64,000 nucleotides of DNA from Alphaproteobacteria bacterium (GTDB taxonomy: Bacteria; Pseudomonadota; Alphaproteobacteria; MPNO01; UBA830): assembly GCA_965243135.1 (NCBI GenBank), contig OZ251539.1, positions 2,336,001 to 2,400,000 on the forward strand, in the 5' to 3' direction. The translations under genes and the position numbers were made by a program. Position 1 is the first letter of the stretch. Every line of letters begins with the position of its first letter. Below the pieces are notes generated by a model. The model was not told where the DNA came from, did no database searches, and saw only the letters and a list, made by a program, of their open reading frames with translations. Of this stretch, positions 39,894-49,628 are shown one piece after another.

Positions 39894-40961
39894 ATGGACG
39901 AAAGACGCATCGACGGCCGGCGCGGCGTCGCGCGGCCCGGGCGGCCCGGGCGGCCCGTCTTCGACCCTTCAGAGTGGCGCGGCGAAGAACTGGCCGCGCG
40001 GGAAGGATGGTTTCTGCGCTTCGACGACGGCGAAATCCGGGATCTGATGGAGATGTGTCGCTCCGTAAGGGAGACGGTCGGCGACGATCCCGGCAATCTC
40101 ATCGCCATTCCTCCAGGCGGCTTCGACCTCGGCAGGTTCGCCGGAAAGCTCGGCCATATCCGGAAAGAGCTGAAAGACGGCGTCGGCGCGATCATGCTGC
40201 GCGGCTTGCCGGTCCGCGACATGGAACTGATGGATGTCGCGATCGTCTATTGGGCGATCGGACGGCAACTCGGAAAGCCCATGTCGAACAACGCGCAGGG
40301 CGACCTGTTCGGGCACGTCACCGACTTGGGCAAGGACTACCGGGATCCGGAGGTGCGCGGGTACCAGACGCGAGCGACCATGGACTACCACTGCGACCAA
40401 TGCGCCATCGTAGGGCTGCTGTGCCTGCGCACCGCCAAGTCGGGGGGCACGTCCAAAATCGCCAGTTCCGTCGCGGTCTACAACGAACTGCTGGCGCGAC
40501 GGCCCGATCTCGCGGCGGCGCTGACGGAGCCCGTGTTCTGGTCCAAGCACGGCGAAGTCGACGCCGGGGAAGCGAACTACTACGAGAGTCCGGTGTTCAA
40601 TTTTCTGGGGGGCTACCTCTGCACGTCGTTCGGGCCCATGCACATCCACAAGGGCCACGCCCTGCCCGAAACGCCGCCCCTGACCGACGAGCAGCGGGAG
40701 GCCATACGCCTGGCGGAGGACTTGGCGGAGGAGCAACGCTACGAGGTCGATTTCGAGGTCGGCGACATTCAACTCCTCAACAATTTCGTCGTGCTGCACA
40801 CCCGCAACGAATTCGAGGATTGGCCGGAGAAGGAGCGAAAGCGGCTGTTGTGGCGCCTGTGGCTCTCCGACGACGGATTGAGACCGCCAACCGCCTACGC
40901 GTTGCAATGGCGCCGCGGCGTAAAACTTTCGGAAACGGCGGAACGCATCGCGCTGTCCTGA
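39894..40961 (+). CDS. TauD/TfdA family Fe(II)/2-oxoglutarate dioxygenase
   Basis: RGYQT...YHCD (HxD), GG.S.IASS and GDIQLLNN.VVLHTR...R.L.RLW. GGAGG RBS. Confidence 0.9.
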   Translation: MDERRIDGRRGVARPGRPGRPVFDPSEWRGEELAAREGWFLRFDDGEIRDLMEMCRSVRETVGDDPGNLIAIPPGGFDLGRFAGKLGHIRKELKDGVGAIMLRGLPVRDMELMDVAIVYWAIGRQLGKPMSNNAQGDLFGHVTDLGKDYRDPEVRGYQTRATMDYHCDQCAIVGLLCLRTAKSGGTSKIASSVAVYNELLARRPDLAAALTEPVFWSKHGEVDAGEANYYESPVFNFLGGYLCTSFGPMHIHKGHALPETPPLTDEQREAIRLAEDLAEEQRYEVDFEVGDIQLLNNFVVLHTRNEFEDWPEKERKRLLWRLWLSDDGLRPPTAYALQWRRGVKLSETAERIALS

Positions 40962-41146
40962 CGGCGCGACGACAGGCGGCGGCTGGACGCTTTGCGTTTC
41001 TCCCTGTCGCGCCCGACGATGCGGGCTGCGGCGATCGCCGACGCGAAAAAGCGCCCGTTCGCCGCAGCCGTCCCGACCGACTCCAGGCGCCGGCGAATGA
41101 TCCTCCCTTCCAGCGCGAGAGCCTCGTCCGACCCGGAGGACCTTCG

Positions 41147-42577
41147 ATGACGGACGTCGCGATCGTCGGCGGCGGCTTCACCGGCGCCGTCTTCGCGATC
41201 CACCTGTCACGCATGGCCAAACGGCGGCTCGACATCGCGATTATCGATCCGCGCGACCGCCCCGGTCGCGGCGTCGCCTACGATACGGCCGATCCGGACC
41301 ACCGGCTCAACGCGCCGTTGCCCGTGCATTTCGTCTATCCCGACGCGCCGAACCATCTGGCCGACTGGTACGTGGAACAAGGCGGCCCGGCGCGCGATCC
41401 CGAAGCGCGGGCGGCGGACGGCAACGTCTACATGCGGCGCGGGGATTTCGGGCGTTACGTCGAAGAGCAACTTCTCGCGCACATCGAAGACAACGCCTCC
41501 GGCTCGAAAATTCGGCACGTCAGATCGCGCGTTCTGGCCGCGCGCAAGGCATCCGACGGCTACAGGCTGACGTTGGACGACGGGCAAACGTTGCCGGCCC
41601 GGCTGACGGTCCTTGCGGCAAGCTACGATCGTCCCCATGCGCCGCCGCCCTTCGACGGCGCGATCTCCGATCATTCCGGGTTCCTCGCCGACCCGTGGGA
41701 CGCCGCCCGGATCCGGAAAATTCCGCCGGATGCCGGAGTTCTGGTGCTCGGCACGGCGCAAACTGCCTCGGACGCGATCGCCACGCTGCTGCGCTCCGGG
41801 CACAATGGCCCCATCACGGCGGTCTCGCGCCACGGCCTCCGTCCCCGCCGACGGCCGGCGGCTCTTTCCGGCGCTCCGCCGGACGTCATGGAACGCGTCG
41901 TTCGCCCCGTTTCCCTATTCACGACCGCGCACGGCCGGCATGCGACCGTCCGCAGCCTGCTGCGGACGCTGCGGGTCGAAGCGCGCCGGGCCGAAGCCGT
42001 CGGCGGCGCCTGGTTCGAACCCTTCGCCGATCTGCGGGATTCGGTCTGGGAGATCTGGCCTGCGTTGCCCCTGGCGGAAAAGCTCCGGTTCCTGCGCCAT
42101 TTGCGGGCCTGGTACGATGTCCACCGTTTTCAACTGCCGCCCCAAATCGAAGCGCGCCTCGCCGAAGCCGAGGCTGCCGGACAATTGTCGTTCGAGGCAG
42201 GCTTCTGCGTGTCGGCCGCACGCGACGGCGGCGCCTTTTCGGTCGTCATGCGGCGCAGGGGCAGCGGCGAACGCCACCGGAAAAAGTACGACGCCGTCGT
42301 CAACTGCACCGGGCCCGGCGTGCGACCGGACCGGTCGACGAACCCCATCGTGACGACTCTGGCGGCGCGCGGCTACGCGGCGCCCCATCCGGTGGGCATC
42401 GGCTTCCAGGTCGACGACAAATGCCGCGCGATCGGCGCCTGCGGACACGCGGATCCGCGATTGCGGATCGTCGGCCCGCTGACTTATGGCGCGTTCGCCG
42501 ACCAGCAGGGGGCCGCGTTCATTGCGCTGCGCCTGCACCGGATCATGCCCGACGTCGTCGCCTCGCTGCAACGCTGA
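41147..42577 (+). CDS. FAD/NAD(P)-binding protein (YdhS-like)
   Basis: VAIVGGGFTG, GRGVAY, HRLN, SRHG, WYDVHRF, VNCTGP and VGPLT.G. Confidence 0.88.
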   Translation: MTDVAIVGGGFTGAVFAIHLSRMAKRRLDIAIIDPRDRPGRGVAYDTADPDHRLNAPLPVHFVYPDAPNHLADWYVEQGGPARDPEARAADGNVYMRRGDFGRYVEEQLLAHIEDNASGSKIRHVRSRVLAARKASDGYRLTLDDGQTLPARLTVLAASYDRPHAPPPFDGAISDHSGFLADPWDAARIRKIPPDAGVLVLGTAQTASDAIATLLRSGHNGPITAVSRHGLRPRRRPAALSGAPPDVMERVVRPVSLFTTAHGRHATVRSLLRTLRVEARRAEAVGGAWFEPFADLRDSVWEIWPALPLAEKLRFLRHLRAWYDVHRFQLPPQIEARLAEAEAAGQLSFEAGFCVSAARDGGAFSVVMRRRGSGERHRKKYDAVVNCTGPGVRPDRSTNPIVTTLAARGYAAPHPVGIGFQVDDKCRAIGACGHADPRLRIVGPLTYGAFADQQGAAFIALRLHRIMPDVVASLQR

Positions 42578-42799
42578 GGCGGGTCGGCCGGCGGCGCGTT
42601 CGCTCTCGATCTTCGGTGGCGTTTCGCCGGACCCGTCGGCGGCAACGCCCCGGGGGAGCGCCCTCGGCAACCGCCGTCCGGCGGCATGAAAGACAATCGC
42701 CCCCGAAACGAAATGCGCCTGTTCGCCATGAATGGCGAGCGGCCGCTCTCCACCGCCGCCTCTTCGACTGCAGCGTTGATGAACGGACGCACTATGTCG

Positions 42800-43936
42800 T
42801 CAAGCATCCGCGAGCCTCGACAAACGCATCGCACCGGAGGGCTGCGTTTTGGGAATCACTGCGTCGCCAAGATCAAGGCCGCCCTCCAAGAGAGCTCGTA
42901 CATCCTTGAATGAAGACGCCGGCACGGCTTCGGCGCCTTCGCGCCCAGGCAGGAACAGCAGCGTTTCATCGAGCCCGATTCCCTCGTCGGCAAGCAGCTC
43001 CGGCGAATGGGTGCTCAGGAAAATCTGCTTCGAAGGCAATTTCCTCACGCTCTCCAACATCTGCGGAAGCCTGCGAACAATGTCCGGATGAAGGGAAATC
43101 TCCGGCTCTTCCAGAAGCAGCGGACCGCATTCGTTAATCGCCGCCCATAGAAGCCCAATCAGACGCAATGTGCCGTCGGAAAACTGTTCCTCCGTCTGCC
43201 AGGCTGGACGCCAATGCTCATACTTCATGCGCAGGTGCGGCGCGCCGCGCTCGTCTCGCTTGAAGTCCAACTCCTTGAACTGCGGAATCGCGATCCGCAG
43301 GGCCTGTTCTATTCGCCTCAGTCGGCGCTCGCGCCGGTCCAGTCGCACCTTGGGGATCTGATCGAGAAAATCGCCGCCATCGCCGGAGCGCCTGATTGAT
43401 CTCTCGGGATCACGAACCAGCTGAGGCACCACATGCGGATACCTTATGGACTTGAAGAACGCCGCCAAGTCGCGGAAATCACGGTTTACGTTGACCTGTT
43501 CGAGAAAGGTTTGGGACAGGCGCGCGTCGTCGTCGCGGTCTTCTTCTTCCGGCCGATCTATGATCGTCTCGCTATCCCGCAACACCCGCTCCTTGCGCAG
43601 TTCCGGACGCCGCCGACGGCCTTCGTTGAAGGCGATTTCATAACGCCACCGAGCTCCGCGCCGCCCGTGAACGTCGACCCCGATCTCGACGTCAGTATTC
43701 CGGCGCGCCGTCAGGCATCGAATGGCCTTGATTCCCCCTCGCCGCTCAACCGCTTCCTCGAATCCCCCGCCCACCGACACCAAATCCTTCAAGAACCGGA
43801 AGGCGTCAAGAAGATTGGATTTACCGGCGGCGTTGGCGCCGACAAGGAACATGCGATTCTGAACCTCAATGTCGATGTCATGGAAATTCTTCCAGTTCCG
43901 AAGTCGAAGACGCCGAAATCGCAGATCATTCGCCAT
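42800..43936 (-). CDS. ABC-type (AAA_21-like) ATPase
   Basis: NWKNF, GANAAGKSN, FSDGTLR, LLEEPEISLHP and STHSP. Confidence 0.9.
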   Translation of the reverse strand: MANDLRFRRLRLRNWKNFHDIDIEVQNRMFLVGANAAGKSNLLDAFRFLKDLVSVGGGFEEAVERRGGIKAIRCLTARRNTDVEIGVDVHGRRGARWRYEIAFNEGRRRRPELRKERVLRDSETIIDRPEEEDRDDDARLSQTFLEQVNVNRDFRDLAAFFKSIRYPHVVPQLVRDPERSIRRSGDGGDFLDQIPKVRLDRRERRLRRIEQALRIAIPQFKELDFKRDERGAPHLRMKYEHWRPAWQTEEQFSDGTLRLIGLLWAAINECGPLLLEEPEISLHPDIVRRLPQMLESVRKLPSKQIFLSTHSPELLADEGIGLDETLLFLPGREGAEAVPASSFKDVRALLEGGLDLGDAVIPKTQPSGAMRLSRLADA

Positions 43937-44351
43937 CGCGTTTCTCCTGCGCATCGTTCGGTCCGCTCGGACGCGACCCTGCGCCGCCTCGCCTGATTGG
44001 TGGTCCACCTTCAGCCGACAGGGCTGTACCTTGTTCGGGCCGCGGAACCGTACAGGTTTCCTGACCGGATCTCGAAGCTCGACCGCGGAGCCCGTCGCGA
44101 CATAGAGCCAGCGGCGCTCGCAACGGTCCGCGGCCGGGCGACGCTCGTTCGGCGCGACGCTGCCGCCGGCGGCGGCGTTCGCGCCGCAGCGAAACTTCCT
44201 CATGGCGAAATTCCGCCCGGGGCGGACGGCCTTCGGAGCCGGCGACGCCGTTCCCCTCGTCTTCATGCGCCTTACCGGCCTCCCCTGTCGACTCCGAGAC
44301 GCAACGCAGGCCCTCGGCAGTCTCTGTCGCGTGGGCGGGTTGGCCAGCCGG

Positions 44352-46697
44352 TCAAGGCGCGGAGCGACGGCGTCGCCGACCGCCTTCTTCCGCCAGTTCG
44401 ATCGCGGCGCGCACCCGCGCAGGCGTCATAGGCATCGAAATATCGGTCGCGCCGAGCGGACGCAACGCGTCGAGAACCGCGTTCACCGCGAGTACCGGCG
44501 AAATCGCCACGCCCGCCTCGCCCGCCGCCTTCGCGCCCATCGGATTGACGGAAGTGGGAACCGGATTGAGTTCGCAAAGGAATCGCGACTCGGGCGCGTC
44601 GTCCGCTCGCGGCAGGCCGTAGTCGAGAAAGGAGCCGGAAAGCATCTGGCCGCTCTCGCGGTCGTAAACCACGTGTTCCGAGAAGGCTTGCCCGAGACCG
44701 TGCACGACGCCACCCCGGAGCTGCGCCTCGACCAGAACCGGGTTCACGGGCGTTCCGCAATCGTGAACCATCGCGTATCTGTCGACCCGCGCGTCGCCCG
44801 TCTCGGGATCGACTTCGACCTCGCAGCAATGCGCGCCGTTGGGAAAGGTGAAGTTTTCTGGAAGAAACCGCTCGCGGACCGCGATGCCGCCAGCCTGCGA
44901 CACGACTCTGTCGAGCGCGACCGACCGGTCGGTGCCCGCCACGACGAACCGGCCGTCGCGGAACCGCACGTCCTCGACCGCCGCTTCGAGCAGGACCGAA
45001 GCGACCGCTCCGGCCTTTTCGATCGCCCCGTCGGCCGCGCGCGCGACCGCGGATCCGCCGACGACCAGCGAACGGCATGCGCCGGTACCGGTGCCGTAGG
45101 CGATGTCGTCGGTGTCGCCCTGAATGACGCGAATGCGGTCCATCGATACGCCGAGACGGTCCGCTGCGATCTGGGCGTAGACCGTGTCGTGGCCCTGGCC
45201 GTTGGACATGGATCCGATGCGGAGTTCGAACGTTCCGTCCGATCCGCATCTGAGGTCGGCTTCTTCGTCGAGTCCGAAACCCAGCGCCTCGATCGTGTTG
45301 CAGACGCCGAACCCCCGCAGCAGCCCGGCGCGGGCCGAAGACGCGCGTCGTTCGGCATAGCCCGAGCGATCCGACAAGACCAGCGCGCGGTCGAGATTCG
45401 CGGCGAACTCGCCGCAGTCGTAGTCGAGTCCGGTGATCGTCCGATAAGGCAACCGGCGAATCAGGTTGTCGCGGCGGAGCGCGGCGCGATCGACTCCGAA
45501 TTGGGCCGCGGCGGCGTCCATAAGGCGCTCCGGGGTATACTGCCCCTCCGGCTCTCCGGCGCCGCGAATCGGGCAGGTCGGCACGGTGTTGGTCAGAACG
45601 CCGCGCGCCTCGAAGTATCCCGTTTTCACGTCGTAGACCGACGGCGCGACCTTCACGGAATTGCGCACCGGATTGACGGCCCGCGGAGCCAGGTAAGCGC
45701 CGATATTGACGTCGTTGACCACCCGCATCGCGAGGAGGCGGCGGCGGGAATCGAATGCGCATTCCGCCCGGGAGATCATGTCTCGCGAATGAACGTCGGC
45801 AAGGAAGGATTCCGACCGGTCGCAGATCCAGCGGACCGGACGCCCGATCCGCCGCGCCGCCCACAAGACCAGCACCTGCTCGGGATAGACGATGTTCTTG
45901 GATCCGAAACCGCCGCCGAGCCGCGGCACGACGACCCGGATTTTTTCCGGCGCGCAGAAAAAGCAGAACTTCGCGAGCGTGTTCCTGACCGGATGCGGCT
46001 TTCCGGCCGTCGCGCGGAGCGTGAATTTTTCCTCGGCGGGATCCCAGGAGCCGATATAACCGCGCGTCTCGACGGGCGCGCCGACCCCGCGGTTCTGCAC
46101 GTGCGCGATCCGTGCAACGTGGGCGGCGGCGGCAAACGCCGCCTCGGTCGCCGCCCTGTCGCCGAAGGCGACCCGAAAGCAGACATTGTCGGGAAACCGC
46201 GGGTCGATCGGCGGCGCGCCCTCGTTCAGCGCGTCCGCCACGTGGACGACTGCGGGCAGAGGCCGGCATTCGACCGTGACCGCTTCGGCTCCGTCCCTTG
46301 CGGCGTTCCGGGAATCGCCGATGACCATCGCCAGGATCTGACCGACGTAGCGCGCGCGGTCCGCGGGCATCGCCGGTTGCGGGGGCGCGACCGACGGATC
46401 CCCCAAAGGCGCCGTCTCGTCGGCGTCCGGCGGACGGATTTCCCAAGGCACGCCGCCGATCCCGTCGTTCTCGAGATCGCTTCCCGTCAGGACGGCGAGA
46501 ACCCCCCGGCGGCGACGCGCCGCCGCCGCGTCGATACGCAGGATGGCGGCGTGCGGTTCGACGGAGCGCACGAAAGCCGCGTAGGCTTCTCCGGGCAGGC
46601 GGATATCGTCGAGGAACGCGGCCGTTCCTCGAAGAAGCTCCTCGTCTTCGAGGCGCTGGACCGACCGCCCGACAAGACCGCCGGCGAAATCGCTCAC
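44352..46697 (-). CDS. Xanthine dehydrogenase family molybdopterin-binding subunit (second, divergent)
   Basis: RLED..LLRG, GGGFGSK, RPVRW, PIRGAGEPE, GQGHDT and NPMGAKAAGEAG. GTG start estimated. Confidence 0.9.
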   Translation of the reverse strand: MSDFAGGLVGRSVQRLEDEELLRGTAAFLDDIRLPGEAYAAFVRSVEPHAAILRIDAAAARRRRGVLAVLTGSDLENDGIGGVPWEIRPPDADETAPLGDPSVAPPQPAMPADRARYVGQILAMVIGDSRNAARDGAEAVTVECRPLPAVVHVADALNEGAPPIDPRFPDNVCFRVAFGDRAATEAAFAAAAHVARIAHVQNRGVGAPVETRGYIGSWDPAEEKFTLRATAGKPHPVRNTLAKFCFFCAPEKIRVVVPRLGGGFGSKNIVYPEQVLVLWAARRIGRPVRWICDRSESFLADVHSRDMISRAECAFDSRRRLLAMRVVNDVNIGAYLAPRAVNPVRNSVKVAPSVYDVKTGYFEARGVLTNTVPTCPIRGAGEPEGQYTPERLMDAAAAQFGVDRAALRRDNLIRRLPYRTITGLDYDCGEFAANLDRALVLSDRSGYAERRASSARAGLLRGFGVCNTIEALGFGLDEEADLRCGSDGTFELRIGSMSNGQGHDTVYAQIAADRLGVSMDRIRVIQGDTDDIAYGTGTGACRSLVVGGSAVARAADGAIEKAGAVASVLLEAAVEDVRFRDGRFVVAGTDRSVALDRVVSQAGGIAVRERFLPENFTFPNGAHCCEVEVDPETGDARVDRYAMVHDCGTPVNPVLVEAQLRGGVVHGLGQAFSEHVVYDRESGQMLSGSFLDYGLPRADDAPESRFLCELNPVPTSVNPMGAKAAGEAGVAISPVLAVNAVLDALRPLGATDISMPMTPARVRAAIELAEEGGRRRRRSAP

Positions 46698-47468
46698 GTG
46701 CGACGCGGCGACAGGGCGCCGCGGCCGAAGGCGAACGCGCCGGTCCGGCTCCCGGAGACGCCGGCGTCCGCGAGAACCTCTTCGGCGCAGAAGGTCGTGT
46801 TCCGCGCTTTGCGAAAACCTCCTGCATGATCTCGCGAAAGGAAGTCTCGACTCGGGGACCGGCGCGCCGGTCCGCCTCGACGAAAATCGACCGCGTCGTC
46901 CATCGAGCGTGCCGGTTTCGAACCAGGGCGCAGCGCGAAAATTCTTCCTCCGTTTCTCCGGTCCCTTGCGCGTCGACACAGCCGCGCCTTTCGGTCGCCC
47001 GGAGATCCAGGGTTCGCCGGCAAGGCGCAGTTACGAGACTCCGAGGCATAGCGGGGATCGAACTTCACGACCTTGCCGTCCGGCCGGGCCGGTCCGCCGG
47101 ACAGCGCCCGCCCCGACAAGCGCGGGCCATCCGGAACGCCGTTCCCGAGGCGCCGGCGGAAGCCGTAATTCCCATGGCGGAGCCCCGGCCCGGCGGTCAA
47201 CCTGGTCGCGAACTCCAGTCCCGAGGCCATCATGCCATATCTCCCGCAAACCGCCCGGCTTCCCGTTCCGCGGATCCTTTTCCCCACGCGCCAACGACCC
47301 GCGAAGCGTGGCGAATCCTCCGACGACGCGCAAGCGTCCGCGCGGCTGCGGCCGCCCGATCCCTCTCCGCGACCCGTTCGCCGCCGGACAGGGTTGGCCC
47401 GAACGCGCCAAACGTTCTATATTATGACGGCCGTCGGCGCCGCGGCGGCCGGAACTCGGAGGACGGTC

Positions 47469-49628
47469 ATGGAACGCTCGTTCGCACGCGAAGTCGAAAT
47501 GCTCCGCCGCGGAGACGGCGAGCATTTCGAGGGCGAAGGAATCCTCGCGATCACCAAGGCGCTGCTGCAATCGGGGGTTTCCTACGTCGGCGGCTACCAG
47601 GGCGCGCCGGTCTCGCACTTGATGGACGTCCTTACGTCCGATTCGAAGGGCCTGATGGCCGATCTCGGCGTTCACGCCGAAGTATGCGCGAACGAAGCCG
47701 CCGCCTGCGCCATGCTCGCCGCCTCGGTGAACTATCCGATCAGGGGCGCGGTGACCTGGAAATCGACGGTCGGCACCAACGTCGCCTCGGACGCCCTGTC
47801 CAACATCGCGTCGGTCGGGGTCAAGGGCGGCGCGCTCATCATTCTCGGGGAAGACTACGGCGAGGGCTCCTCGATCATTCAGGAGCGCAGCCACGCCTTC
47901 GCCATGAAGAGTTCCGTCTGGCTGATGGATCCGCGCGTCGACCATCCGCGCGTCGTCGAACTGGTCGAGAAGGCGTTCGAACTGTCGGAGGCCAGCAACG
48001 CGCCGGTGATGATGGAGTTCCGAATTCGCGCCTGTCACGTCACCGGCAGGTTCGCCACCAGGAACAACCGGAAGCCCCGGTATTCCATGAACGATCCGAT
48101 CCCGGAGCCGGACTTCGACCTCGAACGGATCGCCCTGCCGCCCGCGACCTACCTTCAGGAACGTAAAAAGGTCGACGAACGCTTTCCGGCGGCCGTCGAA
48201 TTCATCCGCAAGAATCGCCTCAACGAGGTTTTCGGCGGCGACTGCGACGACGTCGGCATCATCTGCCAGGGCGGTCTCTACAACTCGGTGATCCGCGCCC
48301 TGCAGCAGCTCGGACTGGCCGACCCCTTCGGTGCCGCTCGCATCCCGATCTACTGCATGAACGTGACCTACCCGATGGTCCCGGACGAAGTCGTCGCCTT
48401 CTGCGCCGGCAAGCGTTCGGTCGCCATCGTCGAGGAAGGCTTCCCGGAATACCTGGAGCAGGCGCTGAACGCCACCCTGCGCAAGGCGGATCTGAACACT
48501 ACGGTCGTAGGGAAGGACGTCTTCCCCCGAGCCGGGGAATACCAGTCCGAAGTCATGCTTAACGGCGTCGCCCGGTTCATCGAGGGCGCCGTGCCGAAGG
48601 GCGTCGATCTCGGGCCGGTCGCCGCAGTAACCAAGGCGATCGCCGACAACAAGGCGCTCGCCGCCGAACTGCTCGGCGCGGAGATCCCGAAGCGTCCGCC
48701 GAGCTTCTGCACGGGCTGCCCGGAAAGGCCGGTGTTTTCCGCGCTCAAGCTGGCGCAGCGCGATCCCGAAATCGGCGAGATGCACGTCTCGGCGGATATC
48801 GGCTGCCACACGTTCGCCGCCTTGCCCCCCTTCGGCCTCGGCAACACCGTGACCGGTTACGGGCTGGGCCTTGCGAGCTCCGCGGGCGTCAAGGACGCCA
48901 TGAAGGGGCATACGATTTCGATCATGGGCGACGGCGGCTTCTGGCACAACGGGCTGTCCACCGGCATCACCGGCGCCGTCTTCAACAAGCACGACAATCT
49001 CCTGATCGTCATGGCGAACGGGTACTCTTCCGCCACGGGCCAGCAATACCTCCCGTCGTCCACCGCCGGAGGCGCGCGTCCGGCGGACACCGTCGTCCCC
49101 ATCGAGTCGGCGCTCAAGGGCGTCGGCGTGAAGTGGATCCGCAAGCAGTACACCTACCGGGTCGGGAAAATGCGCAAGCTCATCAAGGAGGCGCTGACCT
49201 CGCCGGAGAAAGGCCTCAAGGTCATCATCGCCGAAGCGGAATGCCAGATCGCCAAGCAACGTCGCGAGAAACCCTTGGCGGCCAAGGCGCTCAAGGCCGG
49301 CGATCGCGTAATCCGCACCCGCTTCGGCGTCGACGAGGACACCTGCACCGGCGATCATTCCTGCATTCGGCTTTCGGGCTGTCCGTCGCTTTCGGTCAAA
49401 CCCAACCCGGATCCGCTGCGGAAAGATCCGGTGGCGACGGTGCTGAACTCTTGCGTCGGCTGCGGGTTGTGCGGCGAGGTCGCCGACGCCGCCGTTCTGT
49501 GCCCCTCGTTCTTCAAGGCCGACGTCGTTCAGAATCCGTCGCTGGCCGACCGCGCGCTTCATCGCGTTCGCTCGGCCGTGATCGGTTTCTTCCAAGGCAA
49601 CGCGGCGCAGCCCGCCGCCGCCGAATGA
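47469..49628 (+). CDS. iorA: Indolepyruvate:ferredoxin oxidoreductase alpha subunit family
   Basis: GYQGAPVSH, RPPSFCTGCPER, DIGCH, TPP motif GDGGFWHNG and C-terminal ferredoxin CVGCGLC. Confidence 0.92.
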   Translation: MERSFAREVEMLRRGDGEHFEGEGILAITKALLQSGVSYVGGYQGAPVSHLMDVLTSDSKGLMADLGVHAEVCANEAAACAMLAASVNYPIRGAVTWKSTVGTNVASDALSNIASVGVKGGALIILGEDYGEGSSIIQERSHAFAMKSSVWLMDPRVDHPRVVELVEKAFELSEASNAPVMMEFRIRACHVTGRFATRNNRKPRYSMNDPIPEPDFDLERIALPPATYLQERKKVDERFPAAVEFIRKNRLNEVFGGDCDDVGIICQGGLYNSVIRALQQLGLADPFGAARIPIYCMNVTYPMVPDEVVAFCAGKRSVAIVEEGFPEYLEQALNATLRKADLNTTVVGKDVFPRAGEYQSEVMLNGVARFIEGAVPKGVDLGPVAAVTKAIADNKALAAELLGAEIPKRPPSFCTGCPERPVFSALKLAQRDPEIGEMHVSADIGCHTFAALPPFGLGNTVTGYGLGLASSAGVKDAMKGHTISIMGDGGFWHNGLSTGITGAVFNKHDNLLIVMANGYSSATGQQYLPSSTAGGARPADTVVPIESALKGVGVKWIRKQYTYRVGKMRKLIKEALTSPEKGLKVIIAEAECQIAKQRREKPLAAKALKAGDRVIRTRFGVDEDTCTGDHSCIRLSGCPSLSVKPNPDPLRKDPVATVLNSCVGCGLCGEVADAAVLCPSFFKADVVQNPSLADRALHRVRSAVIGFFQGNAAQPAAAE

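Noticed and set aside
44202-46829. Very long antisense or alternate-frame ORFs (e.g. 44202-46829, 44272-47049, 47031-49595, 11292-13625, 17972-19885)
   Set aside because: They are shadows of real genes in high-GC DNA, rich in Arg/Pro/Gly and lacking motifs.
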